Assembly (NCBI GenBank): GCA_965215125.1
Contig: OZ244052.1
Location: 480,001 to 544,000 of the forward strand
Origin: an uncultured candidatus Porisulfidus sp.
GTDB lineage: Bacteria; Pseudomonadota; Gammaproteobacteria; Poriferisulfidales; Oxydemutatoraceae
Length of the DNA stretch: 64,000 nucleotides
Reading direction: 5' to 3'
In this document: piece by piece, positions 21,635 to 33,556 of the stretch
Layout: each line of letters starts with the position of its first letter
How positions within the stretch are numbered: the first letter of the stretch is position 1
Program-made: the position numbers and the translations under genes
Notes under the pieces: generated by a model
Database searches by the model: none
What the model was told of the DNA's origin: nothing
Seen by the model: the letters and a program-made list of their open reading frames with translations, nothing else

Positions 21635-24600
21635 CTACTTCTCTCCTTAATAATCTTAAGACTCTTAGACTCTTTCTGCTCGAGATCCATATTGAGACCT
21701 AAAGAACGTATTTCTTTGACCAAAACATTAAAAGACTCGGGAATATTCGCTTCGACATTGCAGTTGTTATTGACTATGCTTTTGTACACTTTATTCCGTC
21801 CGCGTACATCGTCCGACTTAACGGTCAGCATCTCTTGCAAAACATGCGCAGCACCATAAGCCTCGAGTGCCCATACCTCCATCTCACCGAAACGCTGCCC
21901 GCCGAACTGTGCTTTACCTCCCAAAGGATGCTGAGTAATCATGCTATAAGGGCCTGTGGCACGTGCATGCATTTTGTCGTCAACCATATGATTTAACTTC
22001 ATAATATACATATAGCCAACCGTAATCGGTCTGTCGAATAAATCGCCGGTTCGCCCATCTTGCAAAACTGCCTGTCCGGATTCCGGCAATTCGGCCAAAG
22101 ACAACATGCCTTTTACTTCCTTTTCTTTAACACCGTCGAAAACCGGTGTTGCAATAGGTATGCCATTGCTTAAATTATCGGCTAAACTTAATATTTCCTT
22201 ATCTTTGATCTTTTGCAAGTTTTCCCTGTGAACCATATCGCCTTCGTTATAATCATAAATTTTCTGGAGGAAATTGCGTATCGTAGATGCTTTATCGCCG
22301 CCGCTACGCATCTTTCCGATATTCCATCCCAAAGCCTTGGCAGCCCACCCTAAGTGAGTCTCTAATACTTGCCCGACATTCATCCGAGAAGGCACACCTA
22401 GCGGATTCAATACAATATCCACCGGCGTGCCGTCTTCTAAATAAGGCATATCTTCGGTAGGGACTATCGCCGACACGACCCCTTTGTTACCATGCCGACC
22501 GGCGAGTTTATCCCCCGGTTGTATGCGCCGTTTGACCGCTAGATAAACCTTGACCGTTTTCAAAATATCGGGCGGCATCACATCGCCGGCTTGTAACTTA
22601 TCCTGCTTTTTCTTGAAATTCGCTTCTAATCGCGCCCGTTGCTCTTTCAAACGCTTTGCCAATTTTTCCAGCTGCAAACTCACTTCATCGTTTTGCATCC
22701 GTATGCTAAACCATTTGTCGCGCTCCAGTTGGTCCAAGTAAGGCTGTGTGACTTTCATGCCTTTTTCCAATGCATTCGGACCCCCGGCTACGATCTTGTT
22801 GAAGATTAAATTTTTAACCCGATTGAAAACATCGTTTTCGTAGATACGCAACTCGTCGTTATAGTCTTTGCGCGCCTTTTCTATCTCCTGCTTTTGTATC
22901 TCTTTCGCACGATTATCCTTGGGGATGTCTTCCCGAGTGAAAATTTTAACGTCGACGACAGTACCCTCTATACCGGAAGGCACGCGTAAAGAATTGTTCT
23001 TTACATCCGAAGCCTTTTCGTCGAATATCGCCTGTAGCAATTTTTCTTCCGGCGTTAAAGGACTCTCGCTCTTCGGTGTCACTTTGCCGACTAAAATATC
23101 ACCGGATTTGACTTCGGCACCCATATAAACGACACCGGAATCATCTAATTTAGATAATAGACTTTCGCTAACATTCGGTATATCGGCAGTAATTTCTTCG
23201 TCACCCAGCTTGGTGCTGCGTGCCACGCAAGTAAGTTCCTCTATATGAATAGAAGTAAAACTATCTTCCTCTACGACGCGATCGGAAATGAGTATGGAGT
23301 CTTCATAGTTGTAACCGTTCCACGGCATAAAAGCTACCAATACATTCTTGCCCAAAGCCAACTCTCCTAAATCGGTTGCCGAACCGTCGGCTAAAACATC
23401 TCCTTGCTCTATCGTATCACCGACTTTGACCAAAGGACGCTGATTGATGCAGGTGTTATAGTTTGAACGCATATATTTGGTCAGTTCATAAATATCTACA
23501 CCTGCTTCGTCGGCAGAAACTTCTTTATCGTCCACTCGTACGACAATCCGTGCTGCGTCCACCGTATCAACTACACCACCTCGGCGAGCTACCAATAGCG
23601 CACCCGAATCGGTTGCGACAGTCGCCTCCAAACCTGTTCCCACCAAAGGCTTTTCGCTGGTCAGTAGCGGTACCGCCTGACGCTGCATATTGGATCCCAT
23701 CAATGCACGGTTTGCATCGTCGTGTTCCAAAAACGGAATAAGTGCCGCCGCTGCCGAAGCAATCTGCTTTGGGGAAACATCTATTAATTGCACCTTATCC
23801 GGTGGAAATAAGCTAAATTCGTTATTTTTTCTACACGAAACAAATTCTCCGACTAATTTGTTTTGCTCGTCGACTTCGGCATTTGCTTGCGCAATGACAT
23901 ACTCTCCTTCTTCTATCGCAGATAAAAATCGAACTTTATCGGTGACTACGGAATTCTTAACTTCCAAATAACAAGTTTCTATAAAACCGTAATTGTTAGG
24001 ATGTGCATAGACTGCCAGTGAGTTAATCAATCCGATATTAGCCCCTTCGGGGGTTTCTATAGGACACAATCGACCGTAGTGCGTGGGATGCACATCTCGG
24101 ACCTCAAAACCGGCGTGTTCGCGTGCCAATCCACCCGGACCGAGTGCCGAAATCCGACGTTTGTGGGTGATCTCGGACAGCGGATTATTCTGCTCCATAA
24201 ATTGCGACAGTTGACTAGAACCGAAAAATTCTTTTATCGATGCCGAAACAGGTTTTGAGTTAACTAAATCCTTGGGCTTCAATTTGTCAACTTCTGCCGT
24301 TGCCAGACGTTCTCTAACGACATGCTCAACCCGAACCAAGCCGATTCGCAATGCGTTGCCTACCATTTCACCCACACAGCGTACTCGGCGATTTCCCAAG
24401 TGGTCAATATCGTCCACCGAACCTTCACCGTTATGTATGCTTATGAGTGTTGCGATGACATCGACGATATCCTTCTTGTCTAATGTGTTTGCACCGGACT
24501 TCGAAGTTCTTTTCAGACGACTGTTGAATTTCATGCGTCCCACTTCGGACAGATTGTAACGAGCCGGGTTACTGAATAGATCCACAAATCTAGTTTTGGC

Positions 24601-25764
24601 ATGTTCTTCCGGGGGTTGTTTCTCACCCGGATGCATCCTGCAGTAAATCTCAAAATAAGATGCCAGCTGTGTACGAGGACATATATCGATGTTTAGAGTG
24701 TCCGAAATATAAGGTCCGCGATTGATATCGTTCACATAAATTATTTCAAAACTGTCTATGCCCGAAGCCTCAAATTTTCTCAACCAAGCTTCGGTTATCT
24801 CTTCGTTGACTCTTGCCAGCAGTTCACCGGTTTTAGGATCGACAATGTCTTTCGCATGTACCCTGCCGAATAGGTATGTGCGAGGAATTATCAGCTTTTT
24901 CAGTCTGGATTTTTCCAGCTCTTTAATGTGTGAAATATTGATACGTCTATTGGCTTTGATGATTATGCGAGACGGGGTCTCTATAGCAAAATCCAAAGTC
25001 TGACCTCGCAAACGCTCGGGCACGAGTTCCATGCTATAGGTACCCTTTTCGTATTTAATGGTTTCCAACTCGAAGAAAGTGCTCAATATTTCCTCGTCGC
25101 TCATCCCTAAAGCTCTAAGAAAAACCGTAACGGGTATTTTGCAACGCCTATCTATACGGACATACAAACAATCCTTAGAGTCAAATTCAAAATCCAACCA
25201 AGAACCGCGATAAGGAATGATTCGCGCAGTATAGGTGGACTTACCCGCACCTTGTGTTTTTCTTTTATCGTGTTCAAAAAAGACACCCGGAGAACGATGC
25301 AACTGTGACACTACGACACGCTCGGTTCCATTGATAACGAAAGTTCCGGTATCGGTCATCAACGGCAACTCACCCATATAGACTTCTTGCTCCTTAACTT
25401 CTTTAGGCGCGCCTATTTTGTTCCCGGCTTTCCTCTCATAAAATATCAAACGCATCGTAACATGAAGAATCGCTGCATAAGTACGCCCCCTCAACTGACA
25501 TTCCCTAACATCAAAGAGCGGGTCGCTTAGACGATAGCTGACAAATTCAATAGTTGCCGTCTTGGAATGACTCACTATCGGAAATATAGATTTGAATATA
25601 GCTTGCAAACCTATATCTTTTCTATCCTTTTCGGCTATGTCGCTTTGTAAAAAGTCTTGATATGAAGATATCTGCATCTGCAACATATAAGGAATATGAT
25701 GTCTTTCCACAAATTTTCCGAAACGTTTGCGTATGCGCTTCTTCGCTGTATAGCTATAAGACAT
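21631..25764 (-). CDS. rpoB: DNA-directed RNA polymerase beta subunit
   Basis: [28 protein letters not shown]. Confidence 0.99.
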   Translation of the reverse strand: MSYSYTAKKRIRKRFGKFVERHHIPYMLQMQISSYQDFLQSDIAEKDRKDIGLQAIFKSIFPIVSHSKTATIEFVSYRLSDPLFDVRECQLRGRTYAAILHVTMRLIFYERKAGNKIGAPKEVKEQEVYMGELPLMTDTGTFVINGTERVVVSQLHRSPGVFFEHDKRKTQGAGKSTYTARIIPYRGSWLDFEFDSKDCLYVRIDRRCKIPVTVFLRALGMSDEEILSTFFELETIKYEKGTYSMELVPERLRGQTLDFAIETPSRIIIKANRRINISHIKELEKSRLKKLIIPRTYLFGRVHAKDIVDPKTGELLARVNEEITEAWLRKFEASGIDSFEIIYVNDINRGPYISDTLNIDICPRTQLASYFEIYCRMHPGEKQPPEEHAKTRFVDLFSNPARYNLSEVGRMKFNSRLKRTSKSGANTLDKKDIVDVIATLISIHNGEGSVDDIDHLGNRRVRCVGEMVGNALRIGLVRVEHVVRERLATAEVDKLKPKDLVNSKPVSASIKEFFGSSQLSQFMEQNNPLSEITHKRRISALGPGGLAREHAGFEVRDVHPTHYGRLCPIETPEGANIGLINSLAVYAHPNNYGFIETCYLEVKNSVVTDKVRFLSAIEEGEYVIAQANAEVDEQNKLVGEFVSCRKNNEFSLFPPDKVQLIDVSPKQIASAAAALIPFLEHDDANRALMGSNMQRQAVPLLTSEKPLVGTGLEATVATDSGALLVARRGGVVDTVDAARIVVRVDDKEVSADEAGVDIYELTKYMRSNYNTCINQRPLVKVGDTIEQGDVLADGSATDLGELALGKNVLVAFMPWNGYNYEDSILISDRVVEEDSFTSIHIEELTCVARSTKLGDEEITADIPNVSESLLSKLDDSGVVYMGAEVKSGDILVGKVTPKSESPLTPEEKLLQAIFDEKASDVKNNSLRVPSGIEGTVVDVKIFTREDIPKDNRAKEIQKQEIEKARKDYNDELRIYENDVFNRVKNLIFNKIVAGGPNALEKGMKVTQPYLDQLERDKWFSIRMQNDEVSLQLEKLAKRLKEQRARLEANFKKKQDKLQAGDVMPPDILKTVKVYLAVKRRIQPGDKLAGRHGNKGVVSAIVPTEDMPYLEDGTPVDIVLNPLGVPSRMNVGQVLETHLGWAAKALGWNIGKMRSGGDKASTIRNFLQKIYDYNEGDMVHRENLQKIKDKEILSLADNLSNGIPIATPVFDGVKEKEVKGMLSLAELPESGQAVLQDGRTGDLFDRPITVGYMYIMKLNHMVDDKMHARATGPYSMITQHPLGGKAQFGGQRFGEMEVWALEAYGAAHVLQEMLTVKSDDVRGRNKVYKSIVNNNCNVEANIPESFNVLVKEIRSLGLNMDLEQKESKSLKIIKERSR

Positions 25765-25868
25765 GTGTTAGTCCCCTATGACGGTGATTGCTCGGTGTCG
25801 CGCAATATCGTACACTGGCTGCGTCGCACGCAGCCGGCTTAAATATCATAAACTGCAATTGATTCTGC

Positions 25869-26246
25869 TTATTTAAGTTCAACGGAAGCCCCTGCCTCTT
25901 CCAGTTGCTTCTTCATTTCTTCGGCTTCTTCGGTTGCTACCCCCTCTTTAACGGTGGCTGGTGCGCCCTCAACCAGATCTTTAGCCTCTTTGAGACCTAG
26001 GCTGGTAGCCGCCCTAACTGCTTTGATTACCGCAACTTTGTTATCGCCAAAACCGGTCAATACGACATCAAAAGCACTTTTAGCTTCCTCTTCCGCATCT
26101 GTAGCACCACCGACAGCGACCGGTGCCGCTGCAACCGCAGCCGCCGACACACCGAATTTTTCTTCCATCGCCGAAACTAAATCAACAACTTCCATAACCG
26201 ACATATTAGAAATAGCGTCTAGTATCTCTTCTCTTGAAACAGCCAT
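25869..26246 (-). CDS. rplL: 50S ribosomal protein L7/L12
   Basis: [10 protein letters not shown] and [14 protein letters not shown]. Confidence 0.98.
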   Translation of the reverse strand: MAVSREEILDAISNMSVMEVVDLVSAMEEKFGVSAAAVAAAPVAVGGATDAEEEAKSAFDVVLTGFGDNKVAVIKAVRAATSLGLKEAKDLVEGAPATVKEGVATEEAEEMKKQLEEAGASVELK

Positions 26247-26291
26247 TTTATTTACTCCTTACTCTATTTATAAATGAACAACTTAAAATCT

Positions 26292-26819
26292 TTAACTTTG
26301 CTCTTTTAGCTCGCGTGTCGCTGCCACGACACGTACTACTTGCACCACAGGTGCTTGAATCGTTCTTAGCAATTTCTCTATCGGTGCCTTCATAACCGCC
26401 ATCATCAAACCAAGTGCTTGTTCGTAAGTCGGCAATTCGGCAAGTTTCTTAAGTTTTGAAATATCGTGTAGCTCACCGTCTAAGGAAATTAGTTTAACTT
26501 CAATATCTTTAATCTCCTTAACAAGACTATGGATGATGCGCGCAGCAGCAGCAGGGTCATCCAACGAAAAGGCAACCATCATAGGTCCCGATAAGTGTTC
26601 GTTCATACAAGCGAAGGGCGTGTCCGCTAGCGCGCGTTGGGCAAGATTATTTTTGATCACCCGAATACGCACACTCTGCTCGCGCGCCTGCTTGCGCAAA
26701 TCGGTCATTCGATTTGCAGCAATGCCGTGATAATCTATGGCTACGGCGGATTTAGCGTCTGCAGCTATTGCTGCAACTTCCTCGACTATTCGTTTTTTGT
26801 CTTCGATCTTTAATGCCAT
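26292..26819 (-). CDS. rplJ: 50S ribosomal protein L10
   Basis: MALKIEDKK, LRKQAR, VIKNNLA, LAELPT; operon position. Confidence 0.96.
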   Translation of the reverse strand: MALKIEDKKRIVEEVAAIAADAKSAVAIDYHGIAANRMTDLRKQAREQSVRIRVIKNNLAQRALADTPFACMNEHLSGPMMVAFSLDDPAAAARIIHSLVKEIKDIEVKLISLDGELHDISKLKKLAELPTYEQALGLMMAVMKAPIEKLLRTIQAPVVQVVRVVAATRELKEQS

Positions 26820-26826
26820 TTTTCCT

Positions 26827-27522
26827 TCAAATTGATAGACAACTACGGTCTATGGTCAAACCCGGCCCCATCGTTGAAGAGACACTTACTTTCTTCAAGT
26901 ATTGGCCTTTAGCAGAAGCCGGTTTTGCTTTAATTACATCACTCAATAGAGTATTGAAATTCTCTTCCAGTTGTTGTGCAGAAAAGGTTCGGCTACCTAT
27001 ACTACAGTGCAATATGCCCGCTTTATCTACGCGATATTTGGCTCGCCCCGCTTTTATACTACGCACCGTCTCGCCGATATCCTTGCTCACCGTACCGTCC
27101 TTAGGGTTCGGCATCAAACCGCGAGGTCCTAATATCTGTCCTATACCGCCGACCACCGGCATTACATCGGGAGAAGCAACAACCGCATCGTAATTAAAAT
27201 CTCCTTGCTTCGCTTTCTCCACCAAATCTTGCAAGCCGACTACATCGGCACCCGCTGCTTCGGCTATCGTGACCTGCTCGCCTTGGGTAAAAACCGCAAC
27301 TTTCACCTGCTTACCTAAACCGTGCGGCAAAGCGGTTGAACCGCGGACCAGCTGATCGTTCTTGCGCGCGTCGACACCCAGCCTAATACTCACATCTATA
27401 GACTCGTCAAACTTAACGCTTGAACATTCCTTCAACAGATCAAAGGCTTCCGATAAGGAATAAAATTCTTGCCTTTCGCACTTCTCTTTTATCGCCTTCA
27501 TTCTTTTTGATAATCTAGCCAT
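26827..27522 (-). CDS. rplA: 50S ribosomal protein L1
   Basis: KFDES, LPHGLGK, LGPRGLMPNPK, STMGPG. Confidence 0.98.
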   Translation of the reverse strand: MARLSKRMKAIKEKCERQEFYSLSEAFDLLKECSSVKFDESIDVSIRLGVDARKNDQLVRGSTALPHGLGKQVKVAVFTQGEQVTIAEAAGADVVGLQDLVEKAKQGDFNYDAVVASPDVMPVVGGIGQILGPRGLMPNPKDGTVSKDIGETVRSIKAGRAKYRVDKAGILHCSIGSRTFSAQQLEENFNTLLSDVIKAKPASAKGQYLKKVSVSSTMGPGLTIDRSCLSI

Positions 27523-27524
27523 AA

Positions 27525-27956
27525 CTAAATTCCCTCAACCGTGATACCCATACTGCGCGCACTACCGGCAATGGTTCTAACCGCTGCGTCGATCTCCGCC
27601 GCAGTCAGGTCGGCTTGCTTGGTCTTGACTATTTCCTCTATTTGCGCACGAGTGACTTTGCCCACCTTTTCCATATTAGGCGTACCGCTACCTTTAGCGA
27701 TGCCGGCAGCTTTTTTCAACAACACCGTTGCCGGGGGCGATTTAATAATGAAACTAAAACTGCGGTCATCGTATACCGTAATCACTACCGGCACCGGCAT
27801 TCCTTTTTCAAAGTCACCGGTGCGACCGTTAAATTCCTTACAAAAATCCTGTATCGGCAAGCCGTGCTGCCCCAAAGCAGGACCCACCGGAGGGCTTGGG
27901 TTAGCCTCGCCTGCGGGTATCTGCAACTTTATATAAGTTTTTACTTCTGCTGCCAT
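27525..27956 (-). CDS. rplK: 50S ribosomal protein L11
   Basis: [15 protein letters not shown] and IAGSARSMG. Confidence 0.98.
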   Translation of the reverse strand: MAAEVKTYIKLQIPAGEANPSPPVGPALGQHGLPIQDFCKEFNGRTGDFEKGMPVPVVITVYDDRSFSFIIKSPPATVLLKKAAGIAKGSGTPNMEKVGKVTRAQIEEIVKTKQADLTAAEIDAAVRTIAGSARSMGITVEGI

Positions 27957-27967
27957 ATTCTATGCCT

Positions 27968-28504
27968 CTAAATCTTCTCAACCTGATTAAAGGTAATCTC
28001 CACCGGGGTAGAACGGCCGAAAATCTGCACACTCACCTGCAGCCTATTCTTTTCGTAATCCACCTCTTCGACAACGCCGTTAAAATCGTTAAAAGGCCCT
28101 CCGGTCACGCGGATTACCTCACCAACCTCATACAGTATCTTGGGTTTAGGCTTGCTTGCATCTTCTTTTATACGACTGATGATACTCTTAATTTCCTTAT
28201 CCGGAACCGGTGTAGGCCTGCTCGGTGAACTACCGATAAAACCTACAACTCTAGGCACACCGTTCACCAAATGCCAGGTGCGTTCGTCCATAACCATCTC
28301 TATTAACACATAACCGGGAAAAAATTTTCGTTCCACTTGATGTTTTTTTCCCGAACGCATCTCAATCACGGTCTCTTTGGGTATCATAATTTCGCCGAAA
28401 CAGTCCTCCATTTTGTCTCGCTGTACTCTCTCTTCCAAAGATTTCTTTACCGAACTCTCGTATCCGGAGTATGTCTGCACTGCGTACCATTCCATTTTAG
28501 TCAT
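27968..28504 (-). CDS. nusG: Transcription termination/antitermination factor NusG
   Basis: WYAVQTYSGYE, KFFPGYVL, GPFNDFNG, IFGRSTPVE. Confidence 0.98.
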   Translation of the reverse strand: MTKMEWYAVQTYSGYESSVKKSLEERVQRDKMEDCFGEIMIPKETVIEMRSGKKHQVERKFFPGYVLIEMVMDERTWHLVNGVPRVVGFIGSSPSRPTPVPDKEIKSIISRIKEDASKPKPKILYEVGEVIRVTGGPFNDFNGVVEEVDYEKNRLQVSVQIFGRSTPVEITFNQVEKI

Positions 28505-28507
28505 TAT

Positions 28508-28867
28508 TCACTTAATAACGATTTGCATAAACCAAGCTAAAAACAAATCCAGTGCCCACAAAAAGAGAGCCACTATTAAAACAACGGCAAAGATCAGTAA
28601 AGTTGTATGAATGGTCTCGGCCTTTGTAGGCCATACCGTTTTTTGCAACTCAACCTGCGCACCCTGCAAAAAAATCGCCGTATTCTTACCTGGTTTTGTT
28701 AAAAAGAATAATACGACAGCGACCACAACCATTGCGAGTATAGCAAGCACGCGATACAGCAATATCTCATCCGACAAATAATAGAATAGGGCAAGTCCTA
28801 CCGCTAAAGACAGAAACACACCTGCCAATTTAATGCGGTCCATCAATAAATCATTCGTGTTTGCCAT
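28508..28867 (-). CDS. secE: Preprotein translocase subunit SecE (3-TM form)
   Basis: ELQKTVWPT motif; lies between tRNA-Trp and nusG. Confidence 0.93.
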   Translation of the reverse strand: MANTNDLLMDRIKLAGVFLSLAVGLALFYYLSDEILLYRVLAILAMVVVAVVLFFLTKPGKNTAIFLQGAQVELQKTVWPTKAETIHTTLLIFAVVLIVALFLWALDLFLAWFMQIVIK

Positions 28868-28902
28868 TGTATGTCCTCCTTAATTAAGTCGCCGAACTCC
28901 GG

Positions 28903-28975
<73 letters not shown>

Positions 28976-29033
28976 ATTATGACCCCATAAACTATACATC
29001 ATAGAAAACGCTGCAATTTATTCAGCTAACAGT

Positions 29034-30227
29034 TTATTCTATGATTTTAGCTACTACGCCTGCGCCTACCGTGCGACCCCCTTCCCTGATCGCAAAACGC
29101 AAACCCTCTTCCATCGCAATAGGTCCTATTAAACTCACCGCCATCTTTACATTGTCCCCCGGCATCACCATCTCTACACCGGCCTCCAATTCTACCGCAC
29201 CGGTCACATCCGTCGTCCTAAAATAAAACTGCGGTCTGTAGCCTTTGAAAAACGGCGTGTGCCGACCGCCTTCCTCTTTAGACAATATATACACCTCCGC
29301 CTCGAACTTCTTGTGCGGCGTGATCGAACCCGGCTTGCACAACACCTGACCTCGCTCTACTTCCTCTCGCTTCGTCCCTCGCAACAACACCCCGACATTG
29401 TCTCCGGCACGACCTTCGTCCAACAGCTTCCTGAACATCTCTACCCCCGTACAGGTCGTCTTGTTCGTGTCTCTTATTCCTACAATCTCTATCTCGTCTC
29501 CTACTTTCACAATCCCTCGCTCTATGCGACCGGTCACCACCGTCCCCCGTCCCGATATCGAGAATACATCTTCCACCGGCATCAGATAGTCTCCGTCTAT
29601 CGCTCGCTCCGGCTCCGGGATATACTTGTCCATCTCCGTTATCAACTGCTCTATCGACGGCACACCCATCTCCGAGCTGTCTCCTTCCAACGCCTTCAGT
29701 GCCGAACCCGTCACAATCGGAATATCGTCTCCCGGAAACTCGTAGTTGGACAACAACTCGCGCACTTCCATCTCTACCAACTCCATCAACTCCTTATCGT
29801 CTACCATGTCCGCTTTGTTCAAATACACGACGATATGCGGCACACCCACTTGGCGTGCCAACAAAATATGCTCTCGCGTCTGGGGCATCGGACCATCCGC
29901 CGCACTCACCACCAAAATCGCACCGTCCATCTGTGCTGCGCCGGTTATCATGTTCTTGATATAGTCGGCGTGCCCCGGACAATCCACATGCGCATAGTGC
30001 CTCGCTTCCGATTCATACTCTACATGTGCCGTCGCTATCGTTATCCCTCGCTCTCGTTCCTCCGGCGCATTGTCTATCTGCTCATACGAACGATACTCGC
30101 CGGCACCCTGCTGATCCAACATCACTTTAGTCATCGCCGCCGTCAATGTCGTCTTGCCGTGATCTACATGCCCTATGGTTCCCACATTCACATGCGGCTT
30201 CGTTCTTTCAAATTTCTCTTTAGACAT
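29034..30227 (-). CDS. tuf: Elongation factor Tu
   Basis: [36 protein letters not shown]. Confidence 0.99.
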   Translation of the reverse strand: MSKEKFERTKPHVNVGTIGHVDHGKTTLTAAMTKVMLDQQGAGEYRSYEQIDNAPEERERGITIATAHVEYESEARHYAHVDCPGHADYIKNMITGAAQMDGAILVVSAADGPMPQTREHILLARQVGVPHIVVYLNKADMVDDKELMELVEMEVRELLSNYEFPGDDIPIVTGSALKALEGDSSEMGVPSIEQLITEMDKYIPEPERAIDGDYLMPVEDVFSISGRGTVVTGRIERGIVKVGDEIEIVGIRDTNKTTCTGVEMFRKLLDEGRAGDNVGVLLRGTKREEVERGQVLCKPGSITPHKKFEAEVYILSKEEGGRHTPFFKGYRPQFYFRTTDVTGAVELEAGVEMVMPGDNVKMAVSLIGPIAMEEGLRFAIREGGRTVGAGVVAKIIE

Positions 30228-30253
30228 AATTTATTCCTATACTAAGTTATTGA

Positions 30254-30328
<75 letters not shown>

Positions 30329-30353
30329 GAGCAAACGAGGGCCGCAAAACATC

Positions 30354-30427
<74 letters not shown>

Positions 30428-30496
30428 CATTATAACTATAACTAAAGATCCCACTACACTGCTCTTTATCATCACTTCCACTAAGCCGGCCATAAC

Positions 30497-30578
30497 TGGA
30501 GGGGGTAGGATTTGAACCTACGAAGGCATAGCCAGCAGATTTACAGTCTGCCCCCGTTGACCGCTTGGGTACCCCTCC
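30497..30578 (-). tRNA. tRNA-Tyr(GTA); 3' CCA not encoded
   Basis: GGAGGGGTACCCAAGCGGTCAACGGGGGCAGACTGTAAATCTGC..GGTTCAAATCCTACCCCCTCCA followed by GTT; has a variable arm. Confidence 0.95.
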
Positions 30579-30693
30579 ACAATTAGTGAATTGCGGATTA
30601 TCCCAAAAAATCAAGCGATTTGCAAGTATAACATATTTTTAATGTACATGCTAGAATAAAGAATAATATTGTAAAAGGGGGATATTTATAGCG

Positions 30694-31668
30694 ATGAACA
30701 ATACAAAACCACTTAAAGTAGCGATTACCGGTGCAGCCGGCAACATCGGTTATGCACTTGCTTTTAGAATTGCAAGCGGCGCGATGCTGGGTTCTCATCC
30801 CGTTATACTACGCCTGATTGAGGTCAAACAAGCCGAGAAACAACTCAATGGTGTGATGATGGAACTGGACGACTGCGCTTTTCCTTTACTCGATGCCTGC
30901 ATCGGTACGAGTGACACGGAGGCGGGTATGGAAGATGTGGATATTGCTATCCTGGTCGGATCGAAACCTCGAGGACCGGGCATGGAGCGCAAAGACTTAT
31001 TGAAAGATAACGGTGAAATTTTCAAGCGTCAAGGACAGATATTAAATGCAGTTGCATCCAGAGAAGTCAGAGTGCTCGTCGTCGGCAACCCGGCGAATAC
31101 CAACGCACTCATCGTATACCGGAATGCGCCGCATCTAAACCCCAAGCAATTTAGCTGTATGACGCGATTAGACCACAATCGGGCATTGACGATGATGGCC
31201 AAAAAATACGACACAGCCGTTGAGCAGGTAAAGAAAATGATTATTTGGGGAAATCACTCGGCAACCCAATTTCCCGATCCACTGCACTGCGAAATAGATG
31301 CAAAAGCCATACAGCCGGATCACGACTGGGTGGAACAAGAATTTGTTCCTGCAGTGCAACAGCGCGGTGCAAAAGTTATAGAAGCACGCGGCGCATCATC
31401 GGCGGGCTCTGCGGCAAACGCAATCGTCGATCATGTACGCGATTGGACCTTAGGCACCGCCGAGAACGATTGGGTTAGCATGGGAGTCGTCTCCGACGGT
31501 CATTACGGCATAGAACCCGGCATCATCTATTCCTTCCCGGTTACTACGAAGAACGGACAATGGCGTATCGTGCCCGACCTAGCGGTCAACGACTTTGAGA
31601 CTAAAATGATGTTAGAGACCGAAAAAGAATTGAACGAAGAACGTTCGACTGTTGCACACTTACTCTAA
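30694..31668 (+). CDS. mdh: Malate dehydrogenase (type 2 MDH family)
   Basis: [42 protein letters not shown]. Confidence 0.96.
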   Translation: MNNTKPLKVAITGAAGNIGYALAFRIASGAMLGSHPVILRLIEVKQAEKQLNGVMMELDDCAFPLLDACIGTSDTEAGMEDVDIAILVGSKPRGPGMERKDLLKDNGEIFKRQGQILNAVASREVRVLVVGNPANTNALIVYRNAPHLNPKQFSCMTRLDHNRALTMMAKKYDTAVEQVKKMIIWGNHSATQFPDPLHCEIDAKAIQPDHDWVEQEFVPAVQQRGAKVIEARGASSAGSAANAIVDHVRDWTLGTAENDWVSMGVVSDGHYGIEPGIIYSFPVTTKNGQWRIVPDLAVNDFETKMMLETEKELNEERSTVAHLL

Positions 31669-31714
31669 GTTATTTCAGTTTCTAGGGGATTTGTTATATT
31701 GTTGCGATTTACTC

Positions 31715-31745
31715 CAGGGGGTGGGGTTAATAGCCCCACCCCTGT
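31715..31745. terminator. GC-rich hairpin between convergent mdh and porin genes
   Basis: cagggggtgggg-ttaatag-ccccaccccctg. Confidence 0.7.
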
Positions 31746-31750
31746 ATACA

Positions 31751-32530
31751 TTACCAGCTACTTGATACCGAAAAAACGACTGCCTCGCAAAAATCATCGT
31801 GTAAACCATTAGCTTCGCATGCCTCGTCGGATGCATCTTGCCACGACAAATCAAATGTCAATATATCGATAGACTTGGATACACCGATTGCATAATATGT
31901 GTAATCAAATCCATCGTTAAGTTTGTCGCCATCCACATCTTGATAACCAACTTGAACATAAGGATCTACCATATCGGGAATACTGAAGCCGAGGCCACCG
32001 TGTACCCAAATCCCTGTATCATTTTCGCCATAAAAATCCGGCGAATAGGCAATGCCTATATCCGCGGATGGTTGATACTCGGTATCCCAAGTGTAGCTCA
32101 ACGCACCATAGACTTCTAAAAAGTCATAGTCATTACCTGCATCCTCATTCTGGTCGGGATAAATATAGTATAAAGCACCGACATCCCAGCCTAATCCGTT
32201 TTGGAACTCACCTGACATACCACCGTAGACATCAATTTCAAGCGACGGCGCATCGGAGGTTCCTCCATTAAACTCTAGGCTGGAAGCCCATACGCCCAAA
32301 TAGAAGCCCGATTCATGCGAATAATCAAATCCGCCCTGCAATGCCGGATCCTCGTTGGTTTGAGAAATTCCACGGTAGACATAGTCGGATGTGAGTGTCA
32401 CATTCGCGCTGAAACTATGGGGTGAATGTTCATCCGCAAAAGCGGAAGGAACATAGGTAGTAAATAATAGGAATAATAAGCCTGCGATAGAAGCCTTATT
32501 AGCCCTACTAAAAATAGATAGATATTTCAT
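31751..32530 (-). CDS. TorF/Gcw_chp-family putative outer-membrane beta-barrel
   Basis: SANVTLTSDYVYRGISQT..PALQGGFDY..SGFYLGVWAS, EIDVYGG; signal peptide; aromatic C-terminal residue. Confidence 0.85.
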   Translation of the reverse strand: MKYLSIFSRANKASIAGLLFLLFTTYVPSAFADEHSPHSFSANVTLTSDYVYRGISQTNEDPALQGGFDYSHESGFYLGVWASSLEFNGGTSDAPSLEIDVYGGMSGEFQNGLGWDVGALYYIYPDQNEDAGNDYDFLEVYGALSYTWDTEYQPSADIGIAYSPDFYGENDTGIWVHGGLGFSIPDMVDPYVQVGYQDVDGDKLNDGFDYTYYAIGVSKSIDILTFDLSWQDASDEACEANGLHDDFCEAVVFSVSSSW

Positions 32531-32573
32531 TTTAATAACCTCACTATAATTGATCTTAATAACGAATAATAAT

Positions 32574-32592
32574 TAGAATAATTATCATTATC
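32574..32592 (-). promoter_or_regulatory. Putative Fur box upstream of the TorF-like gene
   Basis: GATAATGATAATTATTCTA matches 16/19 positions of GATAATGATAATCATTATC and lies 43 bp upstream of the start. Confidence 0.65.
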
Positions 32593-32693
32593 ATTATTAT
32601 ATTAAATCATTGTTAAGAAGTCAATAAATGGTTTATAAAAATCACAATCGCGTGGCACAGGCGATTGGGATCGCGCACAAGCACGGTACTGAT

Positions 32694-33299
32694 TCATTCC
32701 TTATTTATTGATGCTTCCACATCGCCAGTGGCATAACTTCCGGTTATCTCACCCATCGATAAGTTTGAACCCACTAAACCGCCTACTCTAGAACCTCCGG
32801 TAATATCTATATTTAGCAAACCCACATTGGCAATATCAACCCCGCTACTCGTATAGCGGAACAAACCTACAAAGTTAGTATCGGATCTGCTAATCATCAG
32901 ATTAGATATCATATAGCCGTTGCCCTCAAACGTTACCGTAAAAGGATTGTTGCTAGGGTTATTGAAACTTACGTAACTTCCAATCGGTTACCAACCCGCT
33001 CCCGTAGTCCATTTGCTTTTATTTGACGGGGCATTGCGATAGCTTGTATTATCGTTGAAGTCCAAGTCTCGGGTTAATTCATAACCCCTACAACCGCCCG
33101 GTGCACAACCGGTAGTGATCTCTACTGCGGTCTCACTTAACTGCAAACTACTACCATCCAACCGGTAGCACATTGCGTTTAGAGTTTCCAAATCGTTGAC
33201 CTCTATTAGACCGTCGTCGTCAATGTCTACATCGGTAGAGGTTTGGGCGTATAGATTCGTGCCGAGCAACACGAGTAGGATGGTTATATAGTTTTTCAT
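32694..33299 (-). pseudogene. Truncated secreted GLUG-motif surface protein with an in-frame TAA
   Basis: The two track ORFs are in one frame: ..DIDDDGLIEV..GCRGYELTRDLDF..GAGW*PIGS..FEGNGYMISNL..VGLF..VGGLVGSN..SYATGDV, then an abrupt end. Confidence 0.8.
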
Positions 33300-33556
33300 A
33301 ATTACCTCCTTGATAATTAAGTGCTATTAATTTACTAACTCACCCGCCCCCCGGATAAATTGCCGTTAAGATAAACGATCTTTAATTTTTAATCAAGCGC
33401 AATTAACTTGATAGGGTGCCCCACAATGATTTGCGTAATTGGGTGGTGCAAGTGGTTAGGAGGGAAGATCAGAACTGACAACGATAATTTTATCCTTGTT
33501 TAATTGCGTAGGTAATGATACTATGCTATCACATTACACTGATATATAAAAAAACC

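Noticed and set aside
29259-30245. 328-aa ORF antisense to tuf
   Set aside because: Shadow ORF with no recognisable motifs; explained by tuf codon usage.
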